NCBI GenBank assembly: GCA_051047955.1
Contig: JBPGPT010000019.1
Location: forward strand, 186,001 to 250,000
Direction of reading: 5' to 3'
DNA length: 64,000 nt
Origin: Cystobasidiomycetes sp. EMM_F5
Lineage: Eukaryota
Position numbers and translations under genes: made by a program. The notes under the pieces were generated by a model. The model was not told the origin of the DNA. It saw only the letters and a program-made list of their open reading frames with translations, and ran no database searches. This document shows positions 12,679 to 23,919 of the stretch, one piece after another (the first letter of the stretch is position 1; every line of letters starts with the position of its first letter).

Positions 12679-15062
12679 TCACATTCTGCAGTCATAGCTT
12701 GCCTGGTCAGTAGTGTTTCCACTGCCGTTGTAGCGCGCAACCTGAAGCAAAATTAATCAATATGTACCTACTTTGAAATTTGCGGGGAATCCTTACCATC
12801 GGCCATTGGCAAATCTTGCGTGTAAAGGCAACGCCCTGGCTCATGTTGTTGTTAACGTAGCTTGCACCAATGAGAGTACCTGGACGCGTGCCGTTCTGCC
12901 TCCAGGCCCGAAGAGCGAGAGACATATCGTACTGTGGCGTATTCATGAGAGGCTGACCAGAGACGGAGGTCTGTGCAGGAAGCCCCAAGTTCCAAGCAGA
13001 GACGCCCCCACTACAATGGCCCATCCCTTTTTAAGCTGCTGTAAGCCTCATCATGCTCTTTATGTCACCTGTAGACTACTCGAGCTCACCTGGAATCTCG
13101 TAGAGGGCCATGCTGTTGGATACGTTACCGAGAGCACCTTGGACGGCATTATAATAGTCGTGAGTAGCGTTCGTAGGTATTAACCAGTCTGTCCCGCCAA
13201 CAAAGAGGACGAGCTTCCCTCCACGGTTGAAAAATGGAGCGAGGTTGGGGTTAGAAGCGTTGGTCATGCCAGGGTCGGTACGGTCAGCGATGCGGACTAG
13301 GTTGATGAGCTGGGCCTCAGTGTAGTTTGCAGAACCGTTAATCTGCAGTACGGGATACTCGATAGGAAGGACAAGGGAAGTTTGGTTGAGTATCTAAAGA
13401 CGAATATAGTTACGATTAGTTTTCTACGGGGGGACCGAATTGCAGCCTGCTCACTTGATAGATAAAGTAGCTCGGCGCAGGTCCGTAGGGACTGAAGTAC
13501 TGGTCTCAGTCGCGATGCTGCGCAGACTTGGGATCTCACAAACTCACATTCCATTGATACTCGCTGCGAACATGAACTCCGAACCAATATTGAAAGCTGG
13601 GAATAGTTGCTCCCCAGTAGATGGGTCTGTCCAATTTCTATAAACCTTTTGCAGTGTGGAGACTTGCGCTGTTGTTAAGCAAGTAGTCGAATTGAGAGCC
13701 GTCGAGTTTCCGCCACAAGCAAAGTTGGTGTAATTGAGGAAGCATTTGCCTGGCTCGAGGATGATGCCGTCGCGAACTCCATCCAAAGCGTCGCATTGGT
13801 TCAGAACTTCGTTGTGGAGACTGGTCCAAGCGGAAGTGGGGATGAAACCGGCACTAGTAGGAGGATTAACGATGGCGTTGACGTATCTATCAAGCAAGCA
13901 GGTCTGAGCTTAGTCATGTAACCCAATTTTGCACACAACTCACTGCGTCCAGCCATTCAGTCTGCTCCATGGCTGAGCGGGCGAACCGACGATCGCAGCA
14001 TCGAAATCTTCGGGGTACATCTGGATCTCCTTAAGCCCTTGTTTACCACCGCTAGAGCAGCTGTCATCCGGGAAAAGGCGCTTAATATGAAAAGCATTTA
14101 CGAAGGAATTGCTAGAGATTCAGGCTTACCCCGACTGCACATTCAAGAATAGACCTCAACGTCAGTAAATGTTAGACATTGTCAGAAACTTTCCTTACCC
14201 AGTACGAGGTATTATGCGGCTTTCCGTAGAATAAGGATGTAATAATTTTGGAATTGACCGTAGACAAGTGCACCTGCAGTCACGCAATATTGCTCAGACG
14301 TCTTTCCGCGGGGCACGGTCCTCTGTCACCACATACAGCACGGTAGCCGAAATCGATTTGCGACTGTGGATTGTTAAGAGCGAAAGTGCCGTTCCCACTT
14401 GTACCTTCGTGGCCCGTGTCCGTAGAGGCCACGCTGTAATTGTAACGATTCAGAGGTATTTGCATTTGCTGAAAGTTGAGATAGCCTGCGTCGCCTCCGT
14501 TGCCTGCGTAACGATTGCAGATGAGCCTTTGTTCCCACATGGTCACTCGTCACCTACCGACATGCATAAAGTCACCACTATGTTTATGTGTTAGTCTCGC
14601 CCGTGACATTCAATCTAACTTTGATACACTTACTTCCAAGCTGACGAGGGAGGCATAAATACTTCGAAGAGGAAGCTGGACACGTTTGATGTTGCGACGC
14701 TTCCGCGGAATCGGCACATGGCTGAGAAAGAAGTCCATTCAGGAAACTCCGTCTACACTCCAAGCCTCACCTTACCGGCAAAAGGCCCTGCTACCGAAGG
14801 ATTGTATCCTCCTTGCGCCTGTTTTCATAAATATTTAGCATCGACGGCTTTTCTCCGTATGAACTAGACTGACGGTGTCATTGATGACAAGACCAGCCGG
14901 TTGAAATGCGGAAAGCAGTACCGTCAAGTTCCTGATCTGCTGAGGAGCAGAGGTTGCCAGAGCTGCACATGCTGCAGTGTCATTCCGAGTGCTATTGCTT
15001 TGAGCATAGACTGAAGTCAGAGTAGTCGCCAATAACGCCAATGGCGCGAATGAGGATAACAT
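12679..15062 (-). CDS. Secreted tannase / feruloyl esterase; multi-exon, including a 20-nt microexon near 14559-14578
   Basis: Signal peptide; GNGGDAG; STDTGH; CSSGGKQGLKEIQMYPEDFDAAIVGSP; QCDALDGVRDGII; RGGKLVLFVGGTD; GMGHCSGG; C-terminus VARYNGSGNTTDQASYDCRM*. Confidence 0.93.
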
Positions 15063-15712
15063 GGTTTTCGCGTCAAATCAAGACACAGAGAGGGAGAGAG
15101 ACAGGAAAAGAGCGGGAGAACCAGAAGTCCAGCAACGTTTTCGGAGGAAAAAACCTGGTGCGGGGCTCCTACCGAATGTGGCAACGACCAGGCGATTTCA
15201 TTTCGCCGTTCGCGCTGCGGGTTACAACGCGGGTGAGTCCCATGCACGTGACAAGCTGGAGGCTATTTTACGCGTTACCGGTCGCAAGCGGCGACGTTTC
15301 TTTTTCTCCGTAACGTCTCGGCGTGGTCTAGACCGCGGCGTTGATGTCGCCGTCACTTACGTATAGAAAGCCAATAACAGGTCTCTTCTTCTTTGTCGGT
15401 ATAGCAAAACTAATAGAAGCCGGGGTCCCGCTTCCGCCACAAGGAGGAACCTCGGTAGGCGCGGTAGAGGCAGAATGGTTTTGCAGCGGAGGAAAGTTCT
15501 CGAAGCGCTGAACCTACTCCCCAGGACGATAGTGTGGACTTTCGATGAATACGTAAGATGTAAGATGCTCATTTGACAGACTCGCCAACTCGTGCAAGGT
15601 CTGGATCTGCTTTTAAATTTCCATATACTACTGCTTTAACGGGATTGGGCATGCACAAGGCCATGCAATACTAGGCTTACAGGTTGTTTGCAAGTCTGAA
15701 TGCTTGCGACTT

Positions 15713-16797
15713 TCACCTCCGAACTCGCAAAGCATCTCCTGTATTGATCTGGTTCATATCGTAATTAACCTTGACGCTTACCAGCATCTCGTCTTCGTGC
15801 GGCAAGTCGCGACCCTCATGCTCTATCAAGCCGTACTCTAAAAGGTCGTTGTCATGGTAATTGTTCTGCTCCACGAACCAGTCTTCACCAGGAACCCATC
15901 CGTTTTCGTCTCTGGACTGACCGCTTCGAATCCTGTTCGAAATTCTAAGTCCCTGAAAGAACGGATGATGACCGAGAAATCCACATAGACGCAGATTGTG
16001 TACGTTGCGCCAATCTCGTGATGTCGGATCGCACAATTGCAATGTCACGACTACTCCATATCCGCCCGGATTGAAGCAACCGATAAAGCCCGGCCTCGAC
16101 GACAACCAGAAAAAGGGTGCCCAAATTTTGTTATGCTGCAGGACACTTCGCTCTGCCGTGTCGACCTGTTGAAATGGGGCGAATATTTGCTGCTCATGGC
16201 CGGAATCATCAAAGTAGCGGACTATCCATGCGCCATACTCTGCATCGAGAGGATGCTCGACATTCTGTAGAACACCAAGGACCGTCTTGCTAGCGCTCAT
16301 GCTGACACACAGCGTCTCTGGCGTGCGCGCTGTTTGTGTTACTTGATCAAGCATGCCTAGCCATTGTCGAATGTAGTGGAAACTCTCAGGGAGTGCCGGC
16401 AAGTCTTTCGGGTCACGATAGAGCAATGATTGCCTCAATACTTGACGAGTGTGCTCTGATCTCGTACTTTTCAGCGCTAACTCACACTAACCCAAAGTTG
16501 GCGCTCACTGTGCAACATAGCCTCGCATGCCTGGAGGAGTCGATAGTCATGCACTTCGGCTTTAGCCATGCGGTCTCGCTTGCAAACTCTGTTAGGGAGG
16601 GATTGGCCTTTAGTAATGAGGACAGAACTCACAAGGGCGCCGCACCGCGTTTCAATCTCGTCATCGCTTTCGTCTCCCGCGAGCTTCAAGATCGCGAACG
16701 GCGATGTTGATGTCGACTTTGGCCAGACGCGTTCCTTCGGCTGTGGTATTACTCCGGGACGACTGCTCGGGACGAAGGATGGTGGTAGTAATACCAT
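15713..16797 (-). CDS. Hypothetical protein, probably two exons
   Basis: A 106-aa ATG ORF ending near a GTTAGT/GTGAGT donor, followed by a 241-aa globular-looking ORF; no recognisable family. Confidence 0.55.
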
Positions 16798-17111
16798 CTT
16801 GGAGGATGTCTATGGAAATGAGGTTGGGCTTGAAGAGACGTTAAGAAGTCAACAGTCTATTTCATTTAGGGTGGTTCAGTACCGGTTGGAAGTTCTGGTG
16901 ATTGTATTACGCTTGTTGAATGACGGTGCTACCGTGGACAACGATGTCGCTTGTGGCCGTCAGAGGGAGCATGTATAATCCGACTGAAACCTCCATTAGT
17001 CACAAAGTTCTCCATGATTCAATTGTAGCTTAGCTGTTCCCGCATATTTTATCATCTGCGTATGCTTGTTCAGTCGAGGCCTCTCTCAGTCAAACCACAG
17101 CTTTGCAAACA

Positions 17112-17809
17112 ATGTCAGCGGAATAGGCCTTCCTGATGAATATTATATGCAGCGATGATTGACATGCTTCATTGCTGTGCAGGGTACTCGTAGAGGAAAT
17201 TACCGAGGGACAGGCTGTCGTGGTTGAAGATGACGATTCTTCTGGCTGTAAGTGACGGCTGATACTGCGCGCGGTAGTGGTTGCTGCTGGCAAAGCCGTG
17301 ATGGATGCTAACGTGCGGTTGCGTTGCTGCATGAATCAGTCGTCACTGAAGAAGACGATGGTTCAGACGGTGCAAATTCCGACATTGACGAAACGGAATG
17401 GCTCGACTCGGAGGTAGCAAAGTTCAGGCCTGAGGACGAGACTATCGCAGATAGGCTGTACGCATTGCGAGATATGGTGTCGCCCAAGACTCGCTCGAAT
17501 ATCGCTCGGACCCTATCGACCTCAGCGTCGTGGGCATCATGGGGCGGGAAGCTGGCTGGAAACGCAGCCTGGGTATTTGTGACCTCAGCGCTTCTTATCG
17601 GCCTGCCCGTCGCTCTGTCCATGGAAAACGAGAGCATCATGATACAGCAGGAGAAGGAAATGCTGGCTCAACAGCAGGGCGCTCAGGTAACGACCGCAGC
17701 AGATGCATGTTTGATAGACGGCTTGGCTGAGCTTATATTCGATACGCAGATGCTGGGCTCGACTCCATCGACGGCTACTGACCCGACGGTACGGCCGCCA
17801 GGTTTCTAA
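17112..17809 (+). CDS. TOM22: Mitochondrial import receptor Tom22; introns about 17114-17182, 17248-17339 and 17687-17749
   Basis: Acidic N-terminus; ETIADRLYALRDMVSP; GNAAWVFVTSALLIGLPVALSMENE; C-terminal RPPGF. Confidence 0.93.
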
Positions 17810-17941
17810 TGGAGCTTTCACTCGGATGTTTGGATGTAGTGACAAGTGTGTAAAATACATGTATCCTACAATCTCCGCACTACTCAGGACAGATTCGTAT
17901 GACTGACCAATATCGTAAGGGGTATCGTCGAAATGCCCATA

Positions 17942-19340
17942 CTAATGGCTTTGCGCCGCGCTCAATGCCTCACCATCCCTCACCGCTCGAGCGATAACCT
18001 CATTGTACCGCATGTTGCATTGCGAAGGGATTGCGCTGTAGAATGAAGCCGACTCAGTCTACGACCACACTGTCTGCTCTATCTTTCGCACTTACTGGCC
18101 AACCTCGGGAAAAACGATATACTCACTGCCCGGTAGCATGTTCGCCAAATCGCGACTACGTTCGGGATTGACAATGCCATCCTTATCTCCTGTCAGAATC
18201 ACTATCTTTGGTATACGGTGGCTAATCTCAGCTAGTCGCTCCTCAGAGACTCGATGGCCGCTATCAAACGCAAAAGCCACCGTCAGCTCGAGCAGCTGGT
18301 CCGCCCGGCTCGACAGCTGTCTACACACAGTGCTGCTGCTGTCTGAGCAAGCCGACCTCGTAAGGTCTGCTTGCGTGTTATATCGGCTCGATGAAGGAAG
18401 TCCTGTTGGCGCAGCACTTCAGCAACCCGGGCTTACACGACTGTCCTTCTCGACGCGAAGCTTACCCGTTCGACACGCTCTCGGTTCAGATGCCCAGGAT
18501 TGTCCTCATCTTCAGCGTCAAGATAACTGGACGGGTACAAGCCTTCCATGATTATTTTGACCATTGCTTTGGGATCACGAATAAACATGAGTCTGGTGAA
18601 CATGCTGATGCCTTGCCACTGCAATATCTGATTAAGATTGTGCTGGATGGCAGCGGAAACCAGCGAACAAACCGGTGCCACCTCCGTGCGAACATTGCCC
18701 GCCGTTGTGGAAGTTAGAACCAGCGACAGTATCCGCTCTGGAATTAGACACGCCTTCTATGATTTCAGTAAAGGCCGGGAAATACTTGATGTTGATCCAT
18801 ACCAGCTCTTGAGCTATCATGCCGCCCATAGAAACGCCTATGACGTGCAGTGACTTTTCTTGTGTCCAGCCGACGTGCTCAAGGAGATCATTCACGTCTT
18901 TTGCCATATCGCTTGTGGAGTACCGACCGCTGGGTGTATCAGAATTGCCAACACCACGGTTGTCCATGACCAGACAGCGATAGCCAGACCTCTGCATCAC
19001 ATAATCGGATTATATACCGTGTCTGAACATGGCCTACACGTACCCTTCCGAAATACGAGATTTGATTATGCCACCCGAAACAGCTATTATTCAGTCCTAG
19101 TTGAATGTGTTGGCTGTAAATTGGCTTTCTGAGGCTGATATGCTAGCGGCATACCCATGATAAAGACCAATTTTGACGCTGTTGGACTTTCATCAACACC
19201 ATGGATTTCTGTAAAGACAATAGGTCCGGTTTCAGCAGGCAAACAAATCTCTGCACATCAATGTCAGCCAACCGTAGTATATGTTATGCGTCGCCGGTGT
19301 GCGGTGCTTGGAAACAGCGCAGAGCCCTTTGGATTGACAT
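17942..19340 (-). CDS. Alpha/beta-fold hydrolase; multi-exon, start uncertain
   Basis: [35 protein letters not shown]; nucleophile elbow GVSMGG; ILTGDKD; FPEVGH. Confidence 0.88.
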
Positions 19341-19718
19341 GTTTGCGGATCAAAAATGGCTAAAGATGGTGCGTCAGTAAGTCAGCATGCGGCTCTTGAA
19401 GCTTTGTCCGGAGCAGAGATGGTAGCTGACTGGCATATGTCACGTCCTCCGTCGCGACTGACATTACAGACGATAGACTGGAGGTTAACAAAGAGAATAC
19501 GTTGATGAACAACATCCGAACAACTGGCAGCATTCATCATTGTTTGAATGGTGACTGAACAGAACCAGAGGAAAGCTATGCTAACACCGAGTATTGCTGA
19601 TTTAAGAAGCGACGGAAAGACCACCTCTCGTGGAGAAGCTCGACAGTTTGGCTCACGAGCCTACAAACTACAGGTACAGCGAGTAGCGCGGTTGGTGAAA
19701 GCACGTCGGATTCTACCG

Positions 19719-20875
19719 CTACCAGCGAGCTATACGCTTGCCATAAGCAGCTGGGCGAATCGTAGCCTGAGCTACGCACTGCGACGACGATGCAGGCTGA
19801 TGCGGAGCTGGCGTTGGCGACACTCCTTGATACCAAGTGCTCTTGGAGCCATCTGGACGAATATATACACCCCTGCTCACCCGTCAATTCAGCCAGGCTG
19901 TCAATGCAGGTTCGGGCGTTCTCACATTGGCTCGTCGTCTTCCCCACTGCAGCTTTCGAACGTATTCGTATCATAATTTGCCGGAAAGTCCTAATAACAA
20001 CCCATCAAGTCGTAGACGTGATTGCACAATGTTGCGGCCTGATCTCCGGGGTAGCCTGCGACGACTGCTGAGTAACCTGACGACTTACGGGGGACTCGGT
20101 AGGATATGGTTCTCACACGCTCTAATGCAGAACTCGGTGTCAGAGATGAATTGAGTCCACTCCGCGAATTGGATAGTCTGTCCATTCCCATCTTTTCCTA
20201 CGACAATGCCACCAATCGGATTTCCGTTCCCATCCGCGCCGTGAGGGTCTAGTTCTCCGCCTTGGTCGCCCGACGGAATATGCATCTCTGGTCATGCCAA
20301 ACATGCGTCAGACACTACGAATCACGAATTTCAAAGAACGTACTAGTGAATTGACCAGTGCCGGTGTACTGGATGTAGTGCGGGGTCCGTACAACATGCA
20401 CGCCAGTCAGTGTGCCGGCTGGTATCAACCGGGCTCCATGGCCAGCCTGTGTGCAGTATGCGACTTCGTATCTCTCGCTCTCGCCGATCGATTCCGTTTG
20501 CGCTGCAGCTCGTATCATGTTAGTATCCATTTCACACCACAGGCGAACTCAATTACGTGGTGCAAACAAGCAGCTTATGCTTCACTTCAGCCTACAAGCT
20601 CAGAAATTCGTCAATGACACTCACAAATCATCTATACTGTTGAGCGTAACTGTCTGACACAGACTATCGGGCGAGTCCTTGTAGTTCTGACAATCATTGT
20701 ATCTGCATCATTTGATCGTCAGAAATGGAAGTGCGCAGGACAATGCTCGCAGATGATACACTAACCCAGTCTGACCGTCCTCCGTCTGATGAGGGGGATG
20801 ACTTGGATCTTTGACCTTGACGTAACCCGAAGCTATGGCTGGAAGGCATGCAACGATAAGCAGTGACTTCCTCAT
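19719..20875 (-). CDS. Secreted MP88 / macrophage-activating-glycoprotein-like protein with an in-frame TAG at 19991-19993 (possible pseudogene)
   Basis: Signal peptide MRKSLLIVACLPAIASG; GQTGYNDC..CQTVTLNSIDDFCLFAPP; EVAYCTQAGHGARLIPAGT; GGELDPHGADGNGNPIGG; CNHVYDLMGCY*DFPANYD; STWYQGVSPTP. Confidence 0.85.
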
Positions 20876-21384
20876 TGCTGATTCTGTAACACAAGGGTCA
20901 AAGACGATATAGCGGGTCCAAGGCGAGAAACAGACATTCTCGCTGCCACCGCGTCTGTTTCAAAGTGCGTGGCAAGTCTGTTTACAAATAATGACCGGCC
21001 CTATCTCAGACACGCCTCCTGCCAAAGATGTGCAACAAGCCGCTCAATATTGGTATCGCGAAGACGCTGCTATTGGCGCAAACAATCACGCATGACGCGA
21101 GGAGTGGGTAGTAGAGGCGCATGATTCATTTTGCAGCTGCGATAATAGGGTTGGCTAAGTACAACACGCCGACACCGCATGGTATTGCTGTGGCTACATT
21201 GTTTCAATCGATGGACATTATGATCACGAACAGATCGTAAATACAAAACTCGTATTGCGAAAGTGACTGAATACTATTGCGATTTGCAACTATTTTTGCG
21301 TTTACAGACAGCTGACAACATCTGAAAGCACAGATGAGTCAGTCTGAATTGTCAAGTTAGAAGGATGCAACGCTCAAATGCGGC

Positions 21385-23919
21385 TCACCAAAAGTCATCG
21401 GAAAAGTAAAATAGACGCTTCCGATGAACTGGCTTGTCGGGCTTTTCGTCGACATTGCCGTCATCCGCTACGATACTGGCTGTAGACAGGTTCGCCAGGC
21501 TCATATTTCTGCGAATCTTGTCCACGTCCATGGCTTCGTAGCGAGGTATGTATGCAGGCAGATGGTCCCATGTAAACGAAGTGCGAGACTTGCTCCTTGC
21601 TGGTGGTAACGTAGGCCGAGCATCTTCGTCTTCGCCGTGATGAGCAAAGTCGTCAGGCTGCGAAATCTGCCGTACCATGACTTGCGAATCTTTAAACAAA
21701 TGTGCGTTGGAAGACGATGAAGTTCCGGTTGTTTGCCCAGATTTAGCATCAACGAGGGGGGAGTACCGCTGGCTAAGGTGATCGGACAGAAGAGAATCGA
21801 CGGATACTGTCGATGCATTGCGCGTAAGATCCGTACGAGTAATTGAGGGTGCGCGAGTTCGGTAAGCCACAGCTGATGACCTGTATTGCTGTCTATCGTT
21901 ATACGATGAAGGCCCTCGTACCGGTACCAGACTAGGCGAACGCGTGACTGCGGTACTCGCCGTCGGTGTAATGTCTGCTGCGGCTGCGTTGTACTTTCTC
22001 GGCGATGTGTCGGGCAGATCGAGGTGTAGACGACGAGGAGAAGAATCAGCTTGTTCCGAAACACGCCGCTGCGGGTCAAAGGAGGAGGGATACGGGGCCT
22101 GCGGTTGGCGGGACTTGGTGACAGTCGCGCAGGATGCCATGGTATCAAACGAAGCCGACAGCCTCGAAGCGCGGCTGATAGACGAGCTTCGTGCAGGAAT
22201 GAGCCCCGAGCTGCTGTCCAGCCCGGTCAGCGAGGGTGTAGACGGAGTGCGAGGGAGGAATAGGCCATACGAAGCCAGGGATACTGCACGATGCTCTTCG
22301 TCGACTTGTGGAGCTTTGCGATGTATTCGGTGGTGATGATAATCATCATCGTGCTCGCCGCGAGCTGAAGACGACGAAGGTGCAGTAGACGCCGTGCTTC
22401 GAGCAGAATGTATGGACCCTGAGCCGGGTGAGCTGGGTGAGCATGACAAGTAGGGAATGGACGCGGTAGAAGCGTGGGCTCGGCCAGAACCAGACCGGTA
22501 TTGTAATTGGTCGGCGCTAGATATCGTTCCAGTAGCAATGGCATCGGTGTTTACGGCCAGTGATGCAGAAGACTTTGACATGTGCAGACCTGCACGACCT
22601 AGAGATCTAGGACGGAGCGGCTTGACGGTGCCCAACAGAGGCGATCGGATTGTCGCGCTAGTCCCCGTCGCGGCTACAGATTCGCTACTTGAGCGAGTCA
22701 TGGGTGACGATTCACCTTCGTTGCGAAGTGCATTAGAAGGCCCGAGCGAGGGAGTTAGGGATGCTCGGGAAGTCAAGCGAGGAGAGCCTAATTTTGGAGA
22801 GCTACCGTGAATGGGTGTCATGGCACGTAGACCATTACCCAAGGCCGAGGTAGTGCGCGGAGGTGGTCTAACGAGATCGTTCGGCAAGTGATGGTGATGA
22901 TTGTGAAAGTAGTCGCCCTCAGAGCAAGCTGCCTGCTCCTCTTCAGCTGGGTGCTCATACAAGCTTGCTAGCGAGTCTGTGCTGCCTCGAGGACGAGAAG
23001 AGCTCCGCCTCCCGCTCGAGGAATGAGACATTTCTCCAGCATGGGGATACCGCCTACTCGTACTTTCCATCCCTGATGCATGATAGTGCCCAGAATCGCT
23101 GCTATCGCGGCGGTTGCCGATGTCTGATAAGCGTGAAGTGCTCCGATTTCCTCGTATCCGGGGAGCAGATACCCCGGATGACCAATCATACTCGCTTCCG
23201 TCGCTATCGTTGGCGAGAGGTGAGGAGGGGTAGCCATTATTGCTAAAGGATCCACGTCGGGGAAGTGAGGTATGGGATGACTGGCGCGGGAGTTGATTGT
23301 GGTTGGAAGAAGTAGGCGATAGACGGGTCAGAAGGCGATTGGGCGACACAGAGTAGGCCTTTGATGCGCTCAGGATGCGATTGCGCTCTTCTGTCAGGGT
23401 CGCCAGAGTCGCTTTGGATCGATTTTCGTCTGCCTCCTTGCATTGCTCCGAACAGTAGATTGCCATCCACGCCGGGACATCCGGTGTCGCTTCAACATGG
23501 TCCGGGTTGTGGGATGTAGTGGACGAAGAAGATAGAGTCGGATCACTCGACTTGCCCTTTGTATGGCTTGGTCGGGCAGTCGTAATTCCGGTCGCAGCGG
23601 CAGTGAGGGCAGCCAATTTACCGCTCGAGTGATTTCGACGAACTTTGCTCGCTGGACCTAGGCCGTGGGCGTGTGCAGTATGCACAGCATGAGGCCGTCG
23701 GTGGACATTTGTTGCTGCGTCTGTCGACGTTCGCCGGCCGTGGACTGCTGCAGCCGGTGCAGCACTCTTTACAGCTCCGGATGACTTGACGCGTCGTTCT
23801 GGCTGCACTTCACGCTTGGATGCGGCATCCTCGTCGTGAGCGTCATTGTTGAGTATGGGAGAGCTCGGCAGCTGTATGGCAGTATTGCAGACGAGGCAGT
23901 ATGACTCCAGCTCCTCCAT
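21385..23919 (-). CDS. Ecl1-like protein with a split Cys4 zinc-binding motif and a long Ser-rich tail; intronless
   Basis: MEELESYCLVCNTAI ... IYCSEQCKEAD; C-terminal RKRLFYF; 844-aa ORF from ATG 23919. Confidence 0.75.
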   Translation of the reverse strand: MEELESYCLVCNTAIQLPSSPILNNDAHDEDAASKREVQPERRVKSSGAVKSAAPAAAVHGRRTSTDAATNVHRRPHAVHTAHAHGLGPASKVRRNHSSGKLAALTAAATGITTARPSHTKGKSSDPTLSSSSTTSHNPDHVEATPDVPAWMAIYCSEQCKEADENRSKATLATLTEERNRILSASKAYSVSPNRLLTRLSPTSSNHNQLPRQSSHTSLPRRGSFSNNGYPSSPLANDSDGSEYDWSSGVSAPRIRGNRSTSRLSDIGNRRDSSDSGHYHASGMESTSRRYPHAGEMSHSSSGRRSSSRPRGSTDSLASLYEHPAEEEQAACSEGDYFHNHHHHLPNDLVRPPPRTTSALGNGLRAMTPIHGSSPKLGSPRLTSRASLTPSLGPSNALRNEGESSPMTRSSSESVAATGTSATIRSPLLGTVKPLRPRSLGRAGLHMSKSSASLAVNTDAIATGTISSADQLQYRSGSGRAHASTASIPYLSCSPSSPGSGSIHSARSTASTAPSSSSARGEHDDDYHHHRIHRKAPQVDEEHRAVSLASYGLFLPRTPSTPSLTGLDSSSGLIPARSSSISRASRLSASFDTMASCATVTKSRQPQAPYPSSFDPQRRVSEQADSSPRRLHLDLPDTSPRKYNAAAADITPTASTAVTRSPSLVPVRGPSSYNDRQQYRSSAVAYRTRAPSITRTDLTRNASTVSVDSLLSDHLSQRYSPLVDAKSGQTTGTSSSSNAHLFKDSQVMVRQISQPDDFAHHGEDEDARPTLPPARSKSRTSFTWDHLPAYIPRYEAMDVDKIRRNMSLANLSTASIVADDGNVDEKPDKPVHRKRLFYFSDDFW

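Noticed and set aside
19991..19993. Genome-wide reassignment of TAG to an amino acid
   Set aside because: TAG is the normal terminator of eIF4B, of DUF427 (after the conserved GTWGW) and of this same gene; no other in-frame TAG was found in the exons I checked.
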